IMG/VR virus record: IMGVR_UViG_3300020044_007430
Span: 1 to 35,785 of that record
From: a virus
Lineage: Duplodnaviria; Caudoviricetes
Length of the DNA stretch: 35,785 nucleotides
Direction: 5' to 3' (one strand)
Shown here one piece after another: positions 27,326 to 35,055 of this stretch (position 1 is its first letter; the number at the start of each line of letters is the position of its first letter). The notes under the pieces were generated by a model that saw only the letters and a list, made by a program, of their open reading frames with translations, was not told where the DNA came from and made no database searches. A program made the position numbers and the translations under genes.

Positions 27326-27585
27326 GCCGGGTGCCCTTCGCCGTAGACCTCAGCCCTGTGCATGACCTCGCACGACTGACAGAGCACGACGGGGCCGCAC
27401 TCTGTGCACCAGGTGCAGACCGACAGGTGGTGGCTTGAGCAGCAGCGATCGCACCAGCCGAGATGGTCATGGCAGCGCCAGAGGTCACCCGCCTCGCCGA
27501 CCTCGCACCACACGGCGCCACGATCACAACCCGCAACGTCGCATGATTCGGGCAGTGTTATTTCGTCAGTAGGTTGATCAACCAT
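27322..27585 (-). CDS. Cys/His-rich zinc-finger protein
   Basis: Several CxxC/CxxH units; ATG 27585 in TGATG overlap with the upstream peptide. Confidence 0.6.
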   Translation of the reverse strand: MVDQPTDEITLPESCDVAGCDRGAVWCEVGEAGDLWRCHDHLGWCDRCCSSHHLSVCTWCTECGPVVLCQSCEVMHRAEVYGEGHPA

Positions 27586-27713
27586 CAGAACAACCACCCG
27601 ACCAGCTTCACCAACCCGAACATCACCAGTGCTGCACTCAGTGAGCACACAACAGTGGTGAACACGAACTCCCCTTTGGTTGGCGTGAACCCCTGTTCCT
27701 GATCAGGTGTCAT
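27585..27713 (-). CDS. 42-aa single-TM peptide after the endolysin (not in ORF track)
   Basis: MTPDQEQGFTPTKGEFVFTTVVCSLSAALVMFGLVKLVGWLF*; ATGA overlap with the amidase stop, TGATG with the next gene. Confidence 0.6.
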   Translation of the reverse strand: MTPDQEQGFTPTKGEFVFTTVVCSLSAALVMFGLVKLVGWLF

Positions 27714-28672
27714 GGCACCCACCTCTTGAAGTCAGCGGGTGATGTCTTCGGTCCTGTGTAGGTCACCGGGTACACAGGTGCCGTACCGATGAGCGTGTAG
27801 TACTGAAGGAACCCACGGTCCACCTTGAACGGAACACCTGGCGGCATGTTCTTCACACCATCGTGATCAAGTGAACCGATCAATACCATGGAGTTGACCA
27901 TGGCCTCCGTGTCGATCCATTCGATCAGTGTTCCGTTCACGGCGAACCTCGCCGGATCAATTGCGTTCCCTGCATCTGTTGGTTGGATGAGCATTGCCAC
28001 GTCGTTGTCTCCCTGTGGTGGTAGTGATGGGTCTGTTGCTGCGCCAGGTGGTACATAGCTCGGCCAGTACACACCTTCCTGAACCTTCCGATAGGCACCG
28101 TCACCAGGGCAGGCAGTAGCAGCCAAGTCCTTGTGCCCAACGATGTTGTTGTAGTTGAATTTCTGACTCCGTAAAGCGCACTGGTCCATGATCCACCGGA
28201 TGCTGTGGTCGGCCAGCGGTGTGGTGGTGTCGGAGCCATCGACCAGCACGAGCACTGCCACGTACTCCTCGTTCCAGGGTGCGTGAGCGGCGGTCTTCAG
28301 GTCAAACCCCCGAATCTCCCAAATACCACCCAGCCAATCAACCGCCCAGTTGTACCCCAACGAGTACGCCCGATGCAGTGCGTAACTGAGTTGCATCGAC
28401 CTCATGTAACCGGGCAGTTGATACGCCCATTCACCAGGGTCGCCATCAATCAGGTCATCATCGGCTGTGTAGTGGACTGCACAACCAACGATGTCAGACC
28501 ACCGCAGCTTCGGTGCTGTACCTGCCGACAACATGAACCCTGTACCGGGGATCGGCTTGCCCTTGTCATCCAACTTGAACCGGTAGGTGGCGTCGATCGG
28601 GTAGCGTCGATCCTCCCATTCACTACGTGGGTGATAGGTGGGGATCACTTCAGGGTGATACGCCAGTGTCAT
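27710..28672 (-). CDS. N-acetylmuramoyl-L-alanine amidase (Amidase_2/PGRP-like endolysin)
   Basis: Zn ligand motifs AVHYTA and GHKD..ATACPG, plus GYNWAVD..IWEIRG and AAH; Pro-rich linker and C-terminal domain. Confidence 0.9.
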   Translation of the reverse strand: MTLAYHPEVIPTYHPRSEWEDRRYPIDATYRFKLDDKGKPIPGTGFMLSAGTAPKLRWSDIVGCAVHYTADDDLIDGDPGEWAYQLPGYMRSMQLSYALHRAYSLGYNWAVDWLGGIWEIRGFDLKTAAHAPWNEEYVAVLVLVDGSDTTTPLADHSIRWIMDQCALRSQKFNYNNIVGHKDLAATACPGDGAYRKVQEGVYWPSYVPPGAATDPSLPPQGDNDVAMLIQPTDAGNAIDPARFAVNGTLIEWIDTEAMVNSMVLIGSLDHDGVKNMPPGVPFKVDRGFLQYYTLIGTAPVYPVTYTGPKTSPADFKRWVP

Positions 28673-28832
28673 CGCTGGTCACCTCCTCGACCTCACGGCG
28701 GGCGAAGTACATGGACATGTCATTGGCGTACCCTGGGATGATCACCCAGTACCCCGGTCGATCAGGATGAATCTTTGCCTCGCCTTCATAACCGGAGAAC
28801 ATCGACCCTTCGTTCACGATTCGGACCTTCAT
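28650..28832 (-). CDS. Small SH3/KOW-like hypothetical (60 aa)
   Basis: KVRIVNEGSMFSGYEG...YFARREVE; ATGA overlap. Confidence 0.6.
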   Translation of the reverse strand: MKVRIVNEGSMFSGYEGEAKIHPDRPGYWVIIPGYANDMSMYFARREVEEVTSDDTGVSP

Positions 28833-29356
28833 GGGATCACCCTCCTCGGATCATCAAGACTCACATCCACGATGCCCAGCTTGATGCACAGGTCAACAAA
28901 CCAGTCGATCGCTTCCTCCCGCCTGTCTTCATCCGCCACGCTGAACTGTTCAGGTGGCCAGGTGTTCGTGTGCTTCATGGCCAGATACCTGTCCAGCCGG
29001 GTGGTCAACATCTCCACGTCAAGCCCACCGTAATGGGCGGGGATGATGCGTTCGGGAGGCTTGATGCTCCCGTTCAGCTTGATTGACCGGGTGATCACTG
29101 TCGGCTCAGTGCGTTCGATGTAGCTCGGATGACGCCGCCGCTCATCAAGCACGGCACTCCCACCTCCACTCCCTGCACCCAACTGTGCAGTCACCTCATC
29201 GTTGATGGTCTTCACCACCTGAGGCAATGTTCTCACGTTGCTCGGTGGGTCGATCCCATCACAGATGGCGAACTCACCACTCGTTGCGTAGTCAACCGCA
29301 AAGATGGCGTGTGCAGCGTGTGGCCCTGTCTCGGTACACCTCAGTCTGCTGCTCAT
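28829..29356 (-). CDS. Hypothetical protein
   Basis: ATG 29356 in ATGA overlap with the ATPase stop (track start 29371). Confidence 0.65.
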   Translation of the reverse strand: MSSRLRCTETGPHAAHAIFAVDYATSGEFAICDGIDPPSNVRTLPQVVKTINDEVTAQLGAGSGGGSAVLDERRRHPSYIERTEPTVITRSIKLNGSIKPPERIIPAHYGGLDVEMLTTRLDRYLAMKHTNTWPPEQFSVADEDRREEAIDWFVDLCIKLGIVDVSLDDPRRVIP

Positions 29357-30138
29357 TTCGTCCACTCCCATCCTGCCACCTCCACCAAGTAGTCTTCACC
29401 GAAGTTGTCGAACGGCACTTTCTGTTGCAGTGCCCTGCCACGATCCTTGGTGGTTGTGTACCTCCACTGATCGATCTTGGGGTGATCCAAGTACACATTG
29501 GTTGCACCAACATGACCCATGGATTTCTGACCGGCAGGCTTCACGCCGATGAACCCGAACTCTGCACGCTCTGCTTCCTCTGCATCCTTCCGCACGGACT
29601 GTGCTTCACACACAAGGATGGAGTGCCCCCGCCACTTGCGATAGGTGCCGTAGAATTCCTGTTGGTACAACTTGTTGATCACTGGCCAGGTCATGTCGCT
29701 GGTCAGTTCCTTGTTGAACTCCTTGATGTCCTTGGTTTCCTTGCGAAGCTTGGTCATGTGGGCGGCGATGTCCTTGCCGTGCACCTGCTCGCTGAACCAC
29801 GATTGCACCATCTGCCACGTCATGTGCGCCGGGTCAACCAACCACCAGTCGTTGTCCATGTCGCCTTCGGCCAACACTTGTGCGGCTGCTTCCTTGTACG
29901 CCTCCCACTCGGCATCGATACCGATGATGGTGACCCGATCCTCCAACTCCGGGTACTCAGTCCACAACAGCCGCTCATGTGCGAGGCTGAAGTCCATGTC
30001 GATCACCCATCCATGGGCGTCCTGATGATGTTGGAGAATCTGGTAGAGAATGCTTGACTTCCCCACACCGTTGTTGCCGAACGCAGTGATGCGTTCTTTG
30101 ATGCGTGGGTTGGGTGGGACGATCTTCATTGCTGCCAT
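29353..30138 (-). CDS. P-loop ATPase (AAA_24/Sak4-like, RecA fold)
   Basis: Walker A GNNGVGKS, WVIDMD, Walker B-like WWLVD, C-terminal KDR; close to a Cas4-like exonuclease. Confidence 0.75.
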   Translation of the reverse strand: MAAMKIVPPNPRIKERITAFGNNGVGKSSILYQILQHHQDAHGWVIDMDFSLAHERLLWTEYPELEDRVTIIGIDAEWEAYKEAAAQVLAEGDMDNDWWLVDPAHMTWQMVQSWFSEQVHGKDIAAHMTKLRKETKDIKEFNKELTSDMTWPVINKLYQQEFYGTYRKWRGHSILVCEAQSVRKDAEEAERAEFGFIGVKPAGQKSMGHVGATNVYLDHPKIDQWRYTTTKDRGRALQQKVPFDNFGEDYLVEVAGWEWTK

Positions 30139-30479
30139 GGTCGTAGCTTCATTCTTTCGATAACGTCCCGCAGGACGGGGATGGGTACTTGCTCGATACC
30201 TGCTGACTCAAACTCTCGACAGAGACGGTCGAGTACTCGGATACCTACGTTGTGTGCTTCCAACGTCTGAGGTGGCAGTCTCAAGTCTGCCTTGCCCAGC
30301 ACGCTGCTTACCTCTCTCGCTGCCATGTCAAGCAGCCTGTCGGGGATGTCATCCTTTGCCCAGTCACGTTGCCCCATTACTTGTGCTTCCTCCCGTTGTA
30401 CTTGTGGAGTAGGTGACTCACCCACAAACACCCAAGGCTCAACCACTGCAACTTGTCGGTGGTTGACATCACGCACCAC
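30126..30479 (-). CDS. Hypothetical protein (start uncertain)
   Basis: ORF track; fills the gap between the exonuclease and ATPase genes. Confidence 0.55.
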   Translation of the reverse strand: MVRDVNHRQVAVVEPWVFVGESPTPQVQREEAQVMGQRDWAKDDIPDRLLDMAAREVSSVLGKADLRLPPQTLEAHNVGIRVLDRLCREFESAGIEQVPIPVLRDVIERMKLRPWQQ

Positions 30480-31521
30480 CCTTCGGTGCCAGCTTCTTGG
30501 CTGCTGTCTTCTTGGTGGGCTTCACTGCTGCTGTCCCATCCGCCTTCTTCTTCTTGACGGTCACGGTCAGCCGGTCACCAGGCTTCACCTCGTACCCGTT
30601 GACGAATGACGTGTGGTACTTGAACTCGTACCCACCATCCTCGACCACCTCGTCATCATCGACACCGTTCAACAGCATCCATGCGTGGATGCCATCCTTC
30701 AGCACTGACCGACGATCAGTCAGTTCCTTGACCAGCTTGTTCAGCTTGGTCAGTTCCTCACTGATGGTGTCAATCTCTGCCAGCCCTGCCTTCATGTCAT
30801 CGGACAACTGCACCTTGGTGGGTGGTTGGAACTTGTCATCCTCATCATGTAGGTAGTAGAACGGGCAGGGGTACTGCTTGGGTTCGGAACACTTGACATC
30901 CTCCACCCCCACCGACTCATTGATCAGCCGCTCAAGATGGGCCACACGCTTGATGATGGCCTTGAGTGGGATCGGTGGTGCTTGCAGCACGTGATGGAAC
31001 ACCTCAGTGATGGTGTTCTTGTTCTTGTCGTACCTACCACCGACAAAGTGGCACGTCTCCAACCCCATGCCATGCATGTAGGCGCTCACCTGCCATGGGT
31101 AGCTCGGCAACGCCTCGACCCCTTGGCGCAGGAACTTGCCCCATGTGGACTCACGGAACTTCTTCGCCTCGACCAGCACACCATCGACAATCTCCACGCC
31201 GTCAGTGTGGCCAACGATGAACACGTCATCCAAGACTTCAAGCAGGATTTCCCACTGTTCACCAGTCTCAGGGTTCACCCGCTCAACGAACACATGATTC
31301 TGTTCCTCGTACATGTCGATGATCGGGCCTTCCATCCGTTTGCCCTCATCGAACACCTCTTGCATCCAGTCAGGTGTCCCCATGCTGCCGAATCCGTTGG
31401 CCAACGCCACGAACATCCGGTCACACATCATCAACCCTGATGCCCGGTAGTACACCTTCCCGTCGTGTTCATATCGAACAGGGTTGTCACCCCCATGCAC
31501 CATGTCAGTTGCCGTTGTCAC
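30469..31521 (-). CDS. PD-(D/E)XK exonuclease (Cas4/RecB/YqaJ-like)
   Basis: RASGLMMCDR, GHTDG, LVEAKK, WQVSAYM, C...YPCPFY; C-terminal coiled coil and Lys/Ala tail. Confidence 0.8.
   Translation of the reverse strand: MTTATDMVHGGDNPVRYEHDGKVYYRASGLMMCDRMFVALANGFGSMGTPDWMQEVFDEGKRMEGPIIDMYEEQNHVFVERVNPETGEQWEILLEVLDDVFIVGHTDGVEIVDGVLVEAKKFRESTWGKFLRQGVEALPSYPWQVSAYMHGMGLETCHFVGGRYDKNKNTITEVFHHVLQAPPIPLKAIIKRVAHLERLINESVGVEDVKCSEPKQYPCPFYYLHDEDDKFQPPTKVQLSDDMKAGLAEIDTISEELTKLNKLVKELTDRRSVLKDGIHAWMLLNGVDDDEVVEDGGYEFKYHTSFVNGYEVKPGDRLTVTVKKKKADGTAAVKPTKKTAAKKLAPKGGA
30473..30495. repeat. 23-bp exact direct repeat, copy 1 (copy 2 at 34508-34530)
   Basis: GCACCACCCTTCGGTGCCAGCTT at both sites; encodes KLAPKGGA on the - strand in both genes. 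Confidence 0.9.
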
Positions 31522-31672
31522 TGCTCATCTCCCGTCCCAAGTCCAAGATGACTTGATTGATGATCGCTTGCATCCGCTTGATCTGCCGTTCCTTAGCGGC
31601 CAATTCTCGGCGCAAGTCTTCGTTTACCCGCTTCAGGTGTCCGTATGTCGGAGCCGGATTCGCCAGTCCCAT
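31505..31672 (-). CDS. 55-aa coiled-coil protein (not in ORF track)
   Basis: MGLANPAPTYGHLKRVNEDLRRELAAKERQIKRMQAIINQVILDLGREMSSDNGN*; SD GAAGGGG. Confidence 0.55.
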   Translation of the reverse strand: MGLANPAPTYGHLKRVNEDLRRELAAKERQIKRMQAIINQVILDLGREMSSDNGN

Positions 31673-32021
31673 CACTACCCCTTCCCATGTTGTTGATGTT
31701 GTCGTTGATCGACGTGATTTCCTGCACTAACACTCGCCTTGATTGCCTGAACTCTTCCCCTAGTTGCTCATCAATCAGCTTGTCATGCTGTGACTGTGTA
31801 AGACGGTAGCGGTCTAGGCTCAGGTCGCATAGCTCTGCCAGCCCCGCAGCTACCCGCAGGCTCAGCATCCCGCCTTGGAGGAAGTTACGGACGGTCCCCG
31901 AGGAGATGTCGGTCCACAGTGCAACACCTTCAGGGGTGAGTCGTTGCCTCTTCATATACGTGGCAACATCAGCACGGAAGTCAGCCTCCCGATACCACTC
32001 CTCAGTGTTGGCCTTCACCAT
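31593..32021 (-). CDS. Cro/CI-type HTH protein
   Basis: MKRQRLTPEGVALWTDISSGTVRNFLQG..LSLRVAAGLAELCDLSLD matches the Xre-like HTH pattern. Confidence 0.75.
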   Translation of the reverse strand: MVKANTEEWYREADFRADVATYMKRQRLTPEGVALWTDISSGTVRNFLQGGMLSLRVAAGLAELCDLSLDRYRLTQSQHDKLIDEQLGEEFRQSRRVLVQEITSINDNINNMGRGSDGTGESGSDIRTPEAGKRRLAPRIGR

Positions 32022-32026
32022 GACGA

Positions 32027-32479
32027 TCAGTGCCCGGTCAATGCCTGAGCGAGATGATGTACTTGAGATGATGCCTTGGCCAGTTCCCTGTTGGCGTCCC
32101 TCATCTTCAAGGCAATCTCGTAGACCATCTCAAAGACGAACGCCTGAACCAAACTGAACTGAAGCTTCTCATCCCATTCGATGAACTCTTTCGGGATCAG
32201 CTTCCGACAGTAGAACGTCAGACCAGGGATTGATGCCATCGGGAGAATGCACATCAACTCATCTCGTTCCTCAGTTACCACCTGGGGACTCATGCACCCC
32301 TCCCATCCCTCAGTGTGACACCCACTGCAATGACCACAGGCGATGGAGATGGAATGGTGGCCTGTCTGTGACACCCACGTGCTTGCCACCATCGGGTGAT
32401 CCTTCGGGAGACGATGGGTCATGAGGATACGTTCCTTGACCATCGTCACCACTACGTTGCTGACATCACCCTTGTCCAT
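32027..32479 (-). CDS. Hypothetical protein with Cys cluster
   Basis: ORF track (start trimmed to ATG 32479); CGHCSGCH...C. Confidence 0.6.
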   Translation of the reverse strand: MDKGDVSNVVVTMVKERILMTHRLPKDHPMVASTWVSQTGHHSISIACGHCSGCHTEGWEGCMSPQVVTEERDELMCILPMASIPGLTFYCRKLIPKEFIEWDEKLQFSLVQAFVFEMVYEIALKMRDANRELAKASSQVHHLAQALTGH

Positions 32480-32768
32480 TGTTGTCCATCGCTTCCGCCA
32501 CTGTGGCATTGGAATGCTTCAGGGCAAACTCCGTGAGTGCGTGGATGAATGGCAACACCATGGGCAGAGGGAAGTTGACAGGCTTCCGTGCCTCACCGTT
32601 CGCCATCTCAAACTTCACGCTCAATACAGGCATGGCGATGTGTGCCTCACCACCATCAGGTTGGGTGAACGCCCCCTTGGTTGCGTTCACGAACCCTTCG
32701 GTGACTTGAAACCCCAACGTCACATCCTCAGGTCGTTTGATCAGTGACAGGTCCAGTGCTTTGGCCAT
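32466..32768 (-). CDS. Hypothetical protein (100 aa)
   Basis: SD GGAAGG; ORF track. Confidence 0.7.
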   Translation of the reverse strand: MAKALDLSLIKRPEDVTLGFQVTEGFVNATKGAFTQPDGGEAHIAMPVLSVKFEMANGEARKPVNFPLPMVLPFIHALTEFALKHSNATVAEAMDNNGQG

Positions 32769-32949
32769 TGCCTTCCCCTTCCTCTAGGTAGGTGGTGAGT
32801 ACTCCGACTGTTCGCATGGTCGTGCGTGTGTTCTTGATGACGGAGAACGGTGTGTGATCAGTCCATCTCAACCGATCGTTGTCGGCCTCTTCAATGGAGT
32901 CGTATGTGTACTCAAGTACACGAATGACACGGACCTTAGCCATTGTCAT
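32728..32949 (-). CDS. Hypothetical protein (about 73 aa)
   Basis: SD GAGGAGGGG; alternative start 32943. Confidence 0.65.
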   Translation of the reverse strand: MTMAKVRVIRVLEYTYDSIEEADNDRLRWTDHTPFSVIKNTRTTMRTVGVLTTYLEEGEGNGQSTGPVTDQTT

Positions 32950-33301
32950 TCCCCTCCTCGTTCAGCACGTCATCGATGAGCTTGGTCAGTCCCTCTTCGG
33001 TCAGGTCATCAGTGACGACAGCCTCCACACCACCAAGGATGTGAACAAGGAAGTCACTCAGGTCTGCCATCAGTGAACTCACTGCACCAGCGGACAGGAC
33101 AACGGTGGAGGTGGTGGTGTCCCTCGTGTAGAACGAGAGGATGCAGACGGGTGCGACGATGTTCGCCTCAGGGTGTTCAGGGTGAGAGAACTGCCACACT
33201 GACGTGACCTCCTCAATCCCCCTGACCAACCTCCCCTCAAGGCTCGTATCGATCGGGCCTCGTTCGATAATCCAATCCCCGTTTTCATCAGGGGTGGTCA
33301 T
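32936..33301 (-). CDS. Acidic hypothetical protein
   Basis: ATG 33301 with SD GAAAGAGGT (track start 33394 runs through intergenic DNA). Confidence 0.7.
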   Translation of the reverse strand: MTTPDENGDWIIERGPIDTSLEGRLVRGIEEVTSVWQFSHPEHPEANIVAPVCILSFYTRDTTTSTVVLSAGAVSSLMADLSDFLVHILGGVEAVVTDDLTEEGLTKLIDDVLNEEGNDNG

Positions 33302-33394
33302 GGGTGGTACCTCTTTCATTTGTTGTGACGGTTGATTGCTACCCTGGACCACCACTGGACGACGGTTGAGACGAACCGTGTGGGTAATGCACAA

Positions 33395-33440
33395 ACGTGC
33401 CGGTGATCGCTCCCCCGAAAGGTCACGGTCACCGGCACGT
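33395..33440 (-). terminator. Hairpin terminator downstream of gene 33519-33905
   Basis: Arms 33395-33409 and 33426-33440 (14 of 15 complementary), followed on the - strand by TTGTGCATT. Confidence 0.65.
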
Positions 33441-33518
33441 CGTCAGCAGCAGCAGCAGGATGTGCTCCCCGGAGATTACCCGCTCCGGGGGTCGGGGGTC
33501 AAGGGAGAACTGAGTGAA

Positions 33519-33905
33519 TCAGCCCTCAGCCTCGTCGGTGTCGGGAAGTTCGATCACACGAGCGAACAGGTCGTTGCCCGACACCTTGAACTCGTAGGTC
33601 TTGGCGTGTCCACGGTTGGTGAACGCCTTCACCTGACTGCGTGCGCCCTGGGTGGACGAGTAGCTGCCGATCTTGACGAACTTCAGCTTGCCCTCACCAT
33701 CACGCCCGACCAGACCCTTGGCAGTGGCGTCGTAGAGCGAGTCGAGCGTGTCATCCCATGCGGTCCGACGTGCGCTGGTGGCAGCGAGACGGGCGGGGTC
33801 AACACCACCGAAGTCCAGATCGCTGATCACTGCGCTCGGACGGGGAGTGCCCTTGCGCTCCGAACCTTCCGCCTTGGTTGCCTTGGGTGCCTTCGTTGCG
33901 GCCAT
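33519..33905 (-). CDS. Basic 128-aa protein, possibly DNA-binding, with its own promoter and terminator
   Basis: SD AGGAG; Lys/Ala-rich N-terminus MAATKAPKATKAEG; compact alpha/beta C-domain. Confidence 0.8.
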   Translation of the reverse strand: MAATKAPKATKAEGSERKGTPRPSAVISDLDFGGVDPARLAATSARRTAWDDTLDSLYDATAKGLVGRDGEGKLKFVKIGSYSSTQGARSQVKAFTNRGHAKTYEFKVSGNDLFARVIELPDTDEAEG

Positions 33906-33969
33906 GTCATTTCTCCTGTGTTGTGTTACCTCACCGACCCCTTGGCCGGTTGGTGATCCGATGCTGACT

Positions 33970-33999
33970 AGCTTACCGGACCACCAACCGACCTGTCAA
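33970..33999 (-). promoter_or_regulatory. Sigma70/SigA-type promoter TTGACA-N18-TAAGCT
   Basis: + strand TGTCAA 33994-33999 and AGCTTA 33970-33975; intergenic and correctly oriented for gene 33905. Confidence 0.8.
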
Positions 34000-34012
34000 C
34001 CGATTGGTTGCT

Positions 34013-34273
34013 TCATGGGTGGGGTGGTGGTTGGAGATTGGTGATGAACGTCACCAACTCCGCTCGCACTGTGAACTTCCGGACCTTGAAGTGGGTGGCT
34101 GTCGGCCGGTACTTCCCGACGTGTTCCCATGCCTCTTGGTAGGTACGGAACGGACCCGCTGACTTGAAACCACGTGGCTTCAGGCTCGGGTTCTTCAGTG
34201 CGTCAGCATCCACCCACGAGTCAACGTAGAAGGCATCGATGAACGCCTCCGCTGTTGGATGGGTGGTTGCCAT
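34013..34273 (-). CDS. Hypothetical protein
   Basis: ATG 34273 with SD AGGAG, just after the upstream stop. Confidence 0.7.
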   Translation of the reverse strand: MATTHPTAEAFIDAFYVDSWVDADALKNPSLKPRGFKSAGPFRTYQEAWEHVGKYRPTATHFKVRKFTVRAELVTFITNLQPPPHP

Positions 34274-34275
34274 GG

Positions 34276-35055
34276 TCACTCCTGTCCGAACGCTGCCCAA
34301 ATGCTGCCGGGCTTGGTGGACATGACAGCCTTCCGCCACCCGGCGTTCTCCATCACGCCATCGATGTCGGTTGCCTTGTCGGAGTAGGTGTCGAAGTCCC
34401 CGGCGTGCTTGGTGGCCAGCTTGATCACTGCCTTCCGCACATCCTCGTCATCGATCCCGTACTCCTCATCCTCGTCCGCTGCCGCTGCCTTGGGTGCTGC
34501 CTTGGCTGCACCACCCTTCGGTGCCAGCTTGGACGTTGCCTTGGTGGCCTTCTTCGGTGCCTCATCGCCAGTGCCCAGGTACTCACTGAACACGATGAGC
34601 GTCTTGTCGGGTGCTTCGCTCGGGTCTTTCCCCTTGCCTGCGTATCCCTTGAACTTCAGTTCACCGAGTACGAACCGCATCCCTTCGATCCAGGCACCGT
34701 CGAACACCGGCTCTACCTCACGGTTGCGAACCTCAGCCATCGCTTCAGCCGCACCTTCCATGGTGGTGAACGACTGCACCAGACGACCGTAGTTGCTGTT
34801 GTCGTTGAGGTTGACTTTCTTCCCCGACTTGTGCACCAACGTCTCGCCGGTACCACCAGCCTCGAACGTCTTGCCCACCGAGTACAACTGACGCTGTGAC
34901 TCACCCTCATCGGGTTGGAACACGATGATGGCAACACATGCCTCAGCGTCGTACTCGTTGTCGATGCCGAACGTCAATGACTCGACAGTGACCGTTGCAC
35001 CGACCAGCGGCAGACCACTGGACAGCTTGAACGGATCAAATTCATGATCACTCAC
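34276..35055 (-). CDS. Hypothetical replication protein, possible ssDNA-binding protein
   Basis: GTG 35055 with SD GAAAGAGG; acidic beta-rich N-domain, Lys/Ala/Pro linker and acidic patch; near the helicase. Function is inference. Confidence 0.6.
   Translation of the reverse strand: MSDHEFDPFKLSSGLPLVGATVTVESLTFGIDNEYDAEACVAIIVFQPDEGESQRQLYSVGKTFEAGGTGETLVHKSGKKVNLNDNSNYGRLVQSFTTMEGAAEAMAEVRNREVEPVFDGAWIEGMRFVLGELKFKGYAGKGKDPSEAPDKTLIVFSEYLGTGDEAPKKATKATSKLAPKGGAAKAAPKAAAADEDEEYGIDDEDVRKAVIKLATKHAGDFDTYSDKATDIDGVMENAGWRKAVMSTKPGSIWAAFGQE
34508..34530. repeat. 23-bp exact direct repeat, copy 2
   Basis: Identical to 30473-30495. Confidence 0.9.

Noticed and set aside
30469-31521. Cas4-like gene as evidence of a CRISPR system
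   Set aside because: No repeat-spacer array or other cas genes; solo Cas4-like exonucleases are common in phage recombination modules.
31593-32021. HTH protein as a lysogeny repressor
   Set aside because: It is embedded co-directionally in the operon with no divergent promoter, peptidase domain, integrase or att site visible; lifestyle cannot be called.
32310-32340. CSGCH as a c-type haem-binding motif
   Set aside because: No signal peptide, and it is part of a larger CGHCSGCH...C cluster more consistent with cytoplasmic metal binding.
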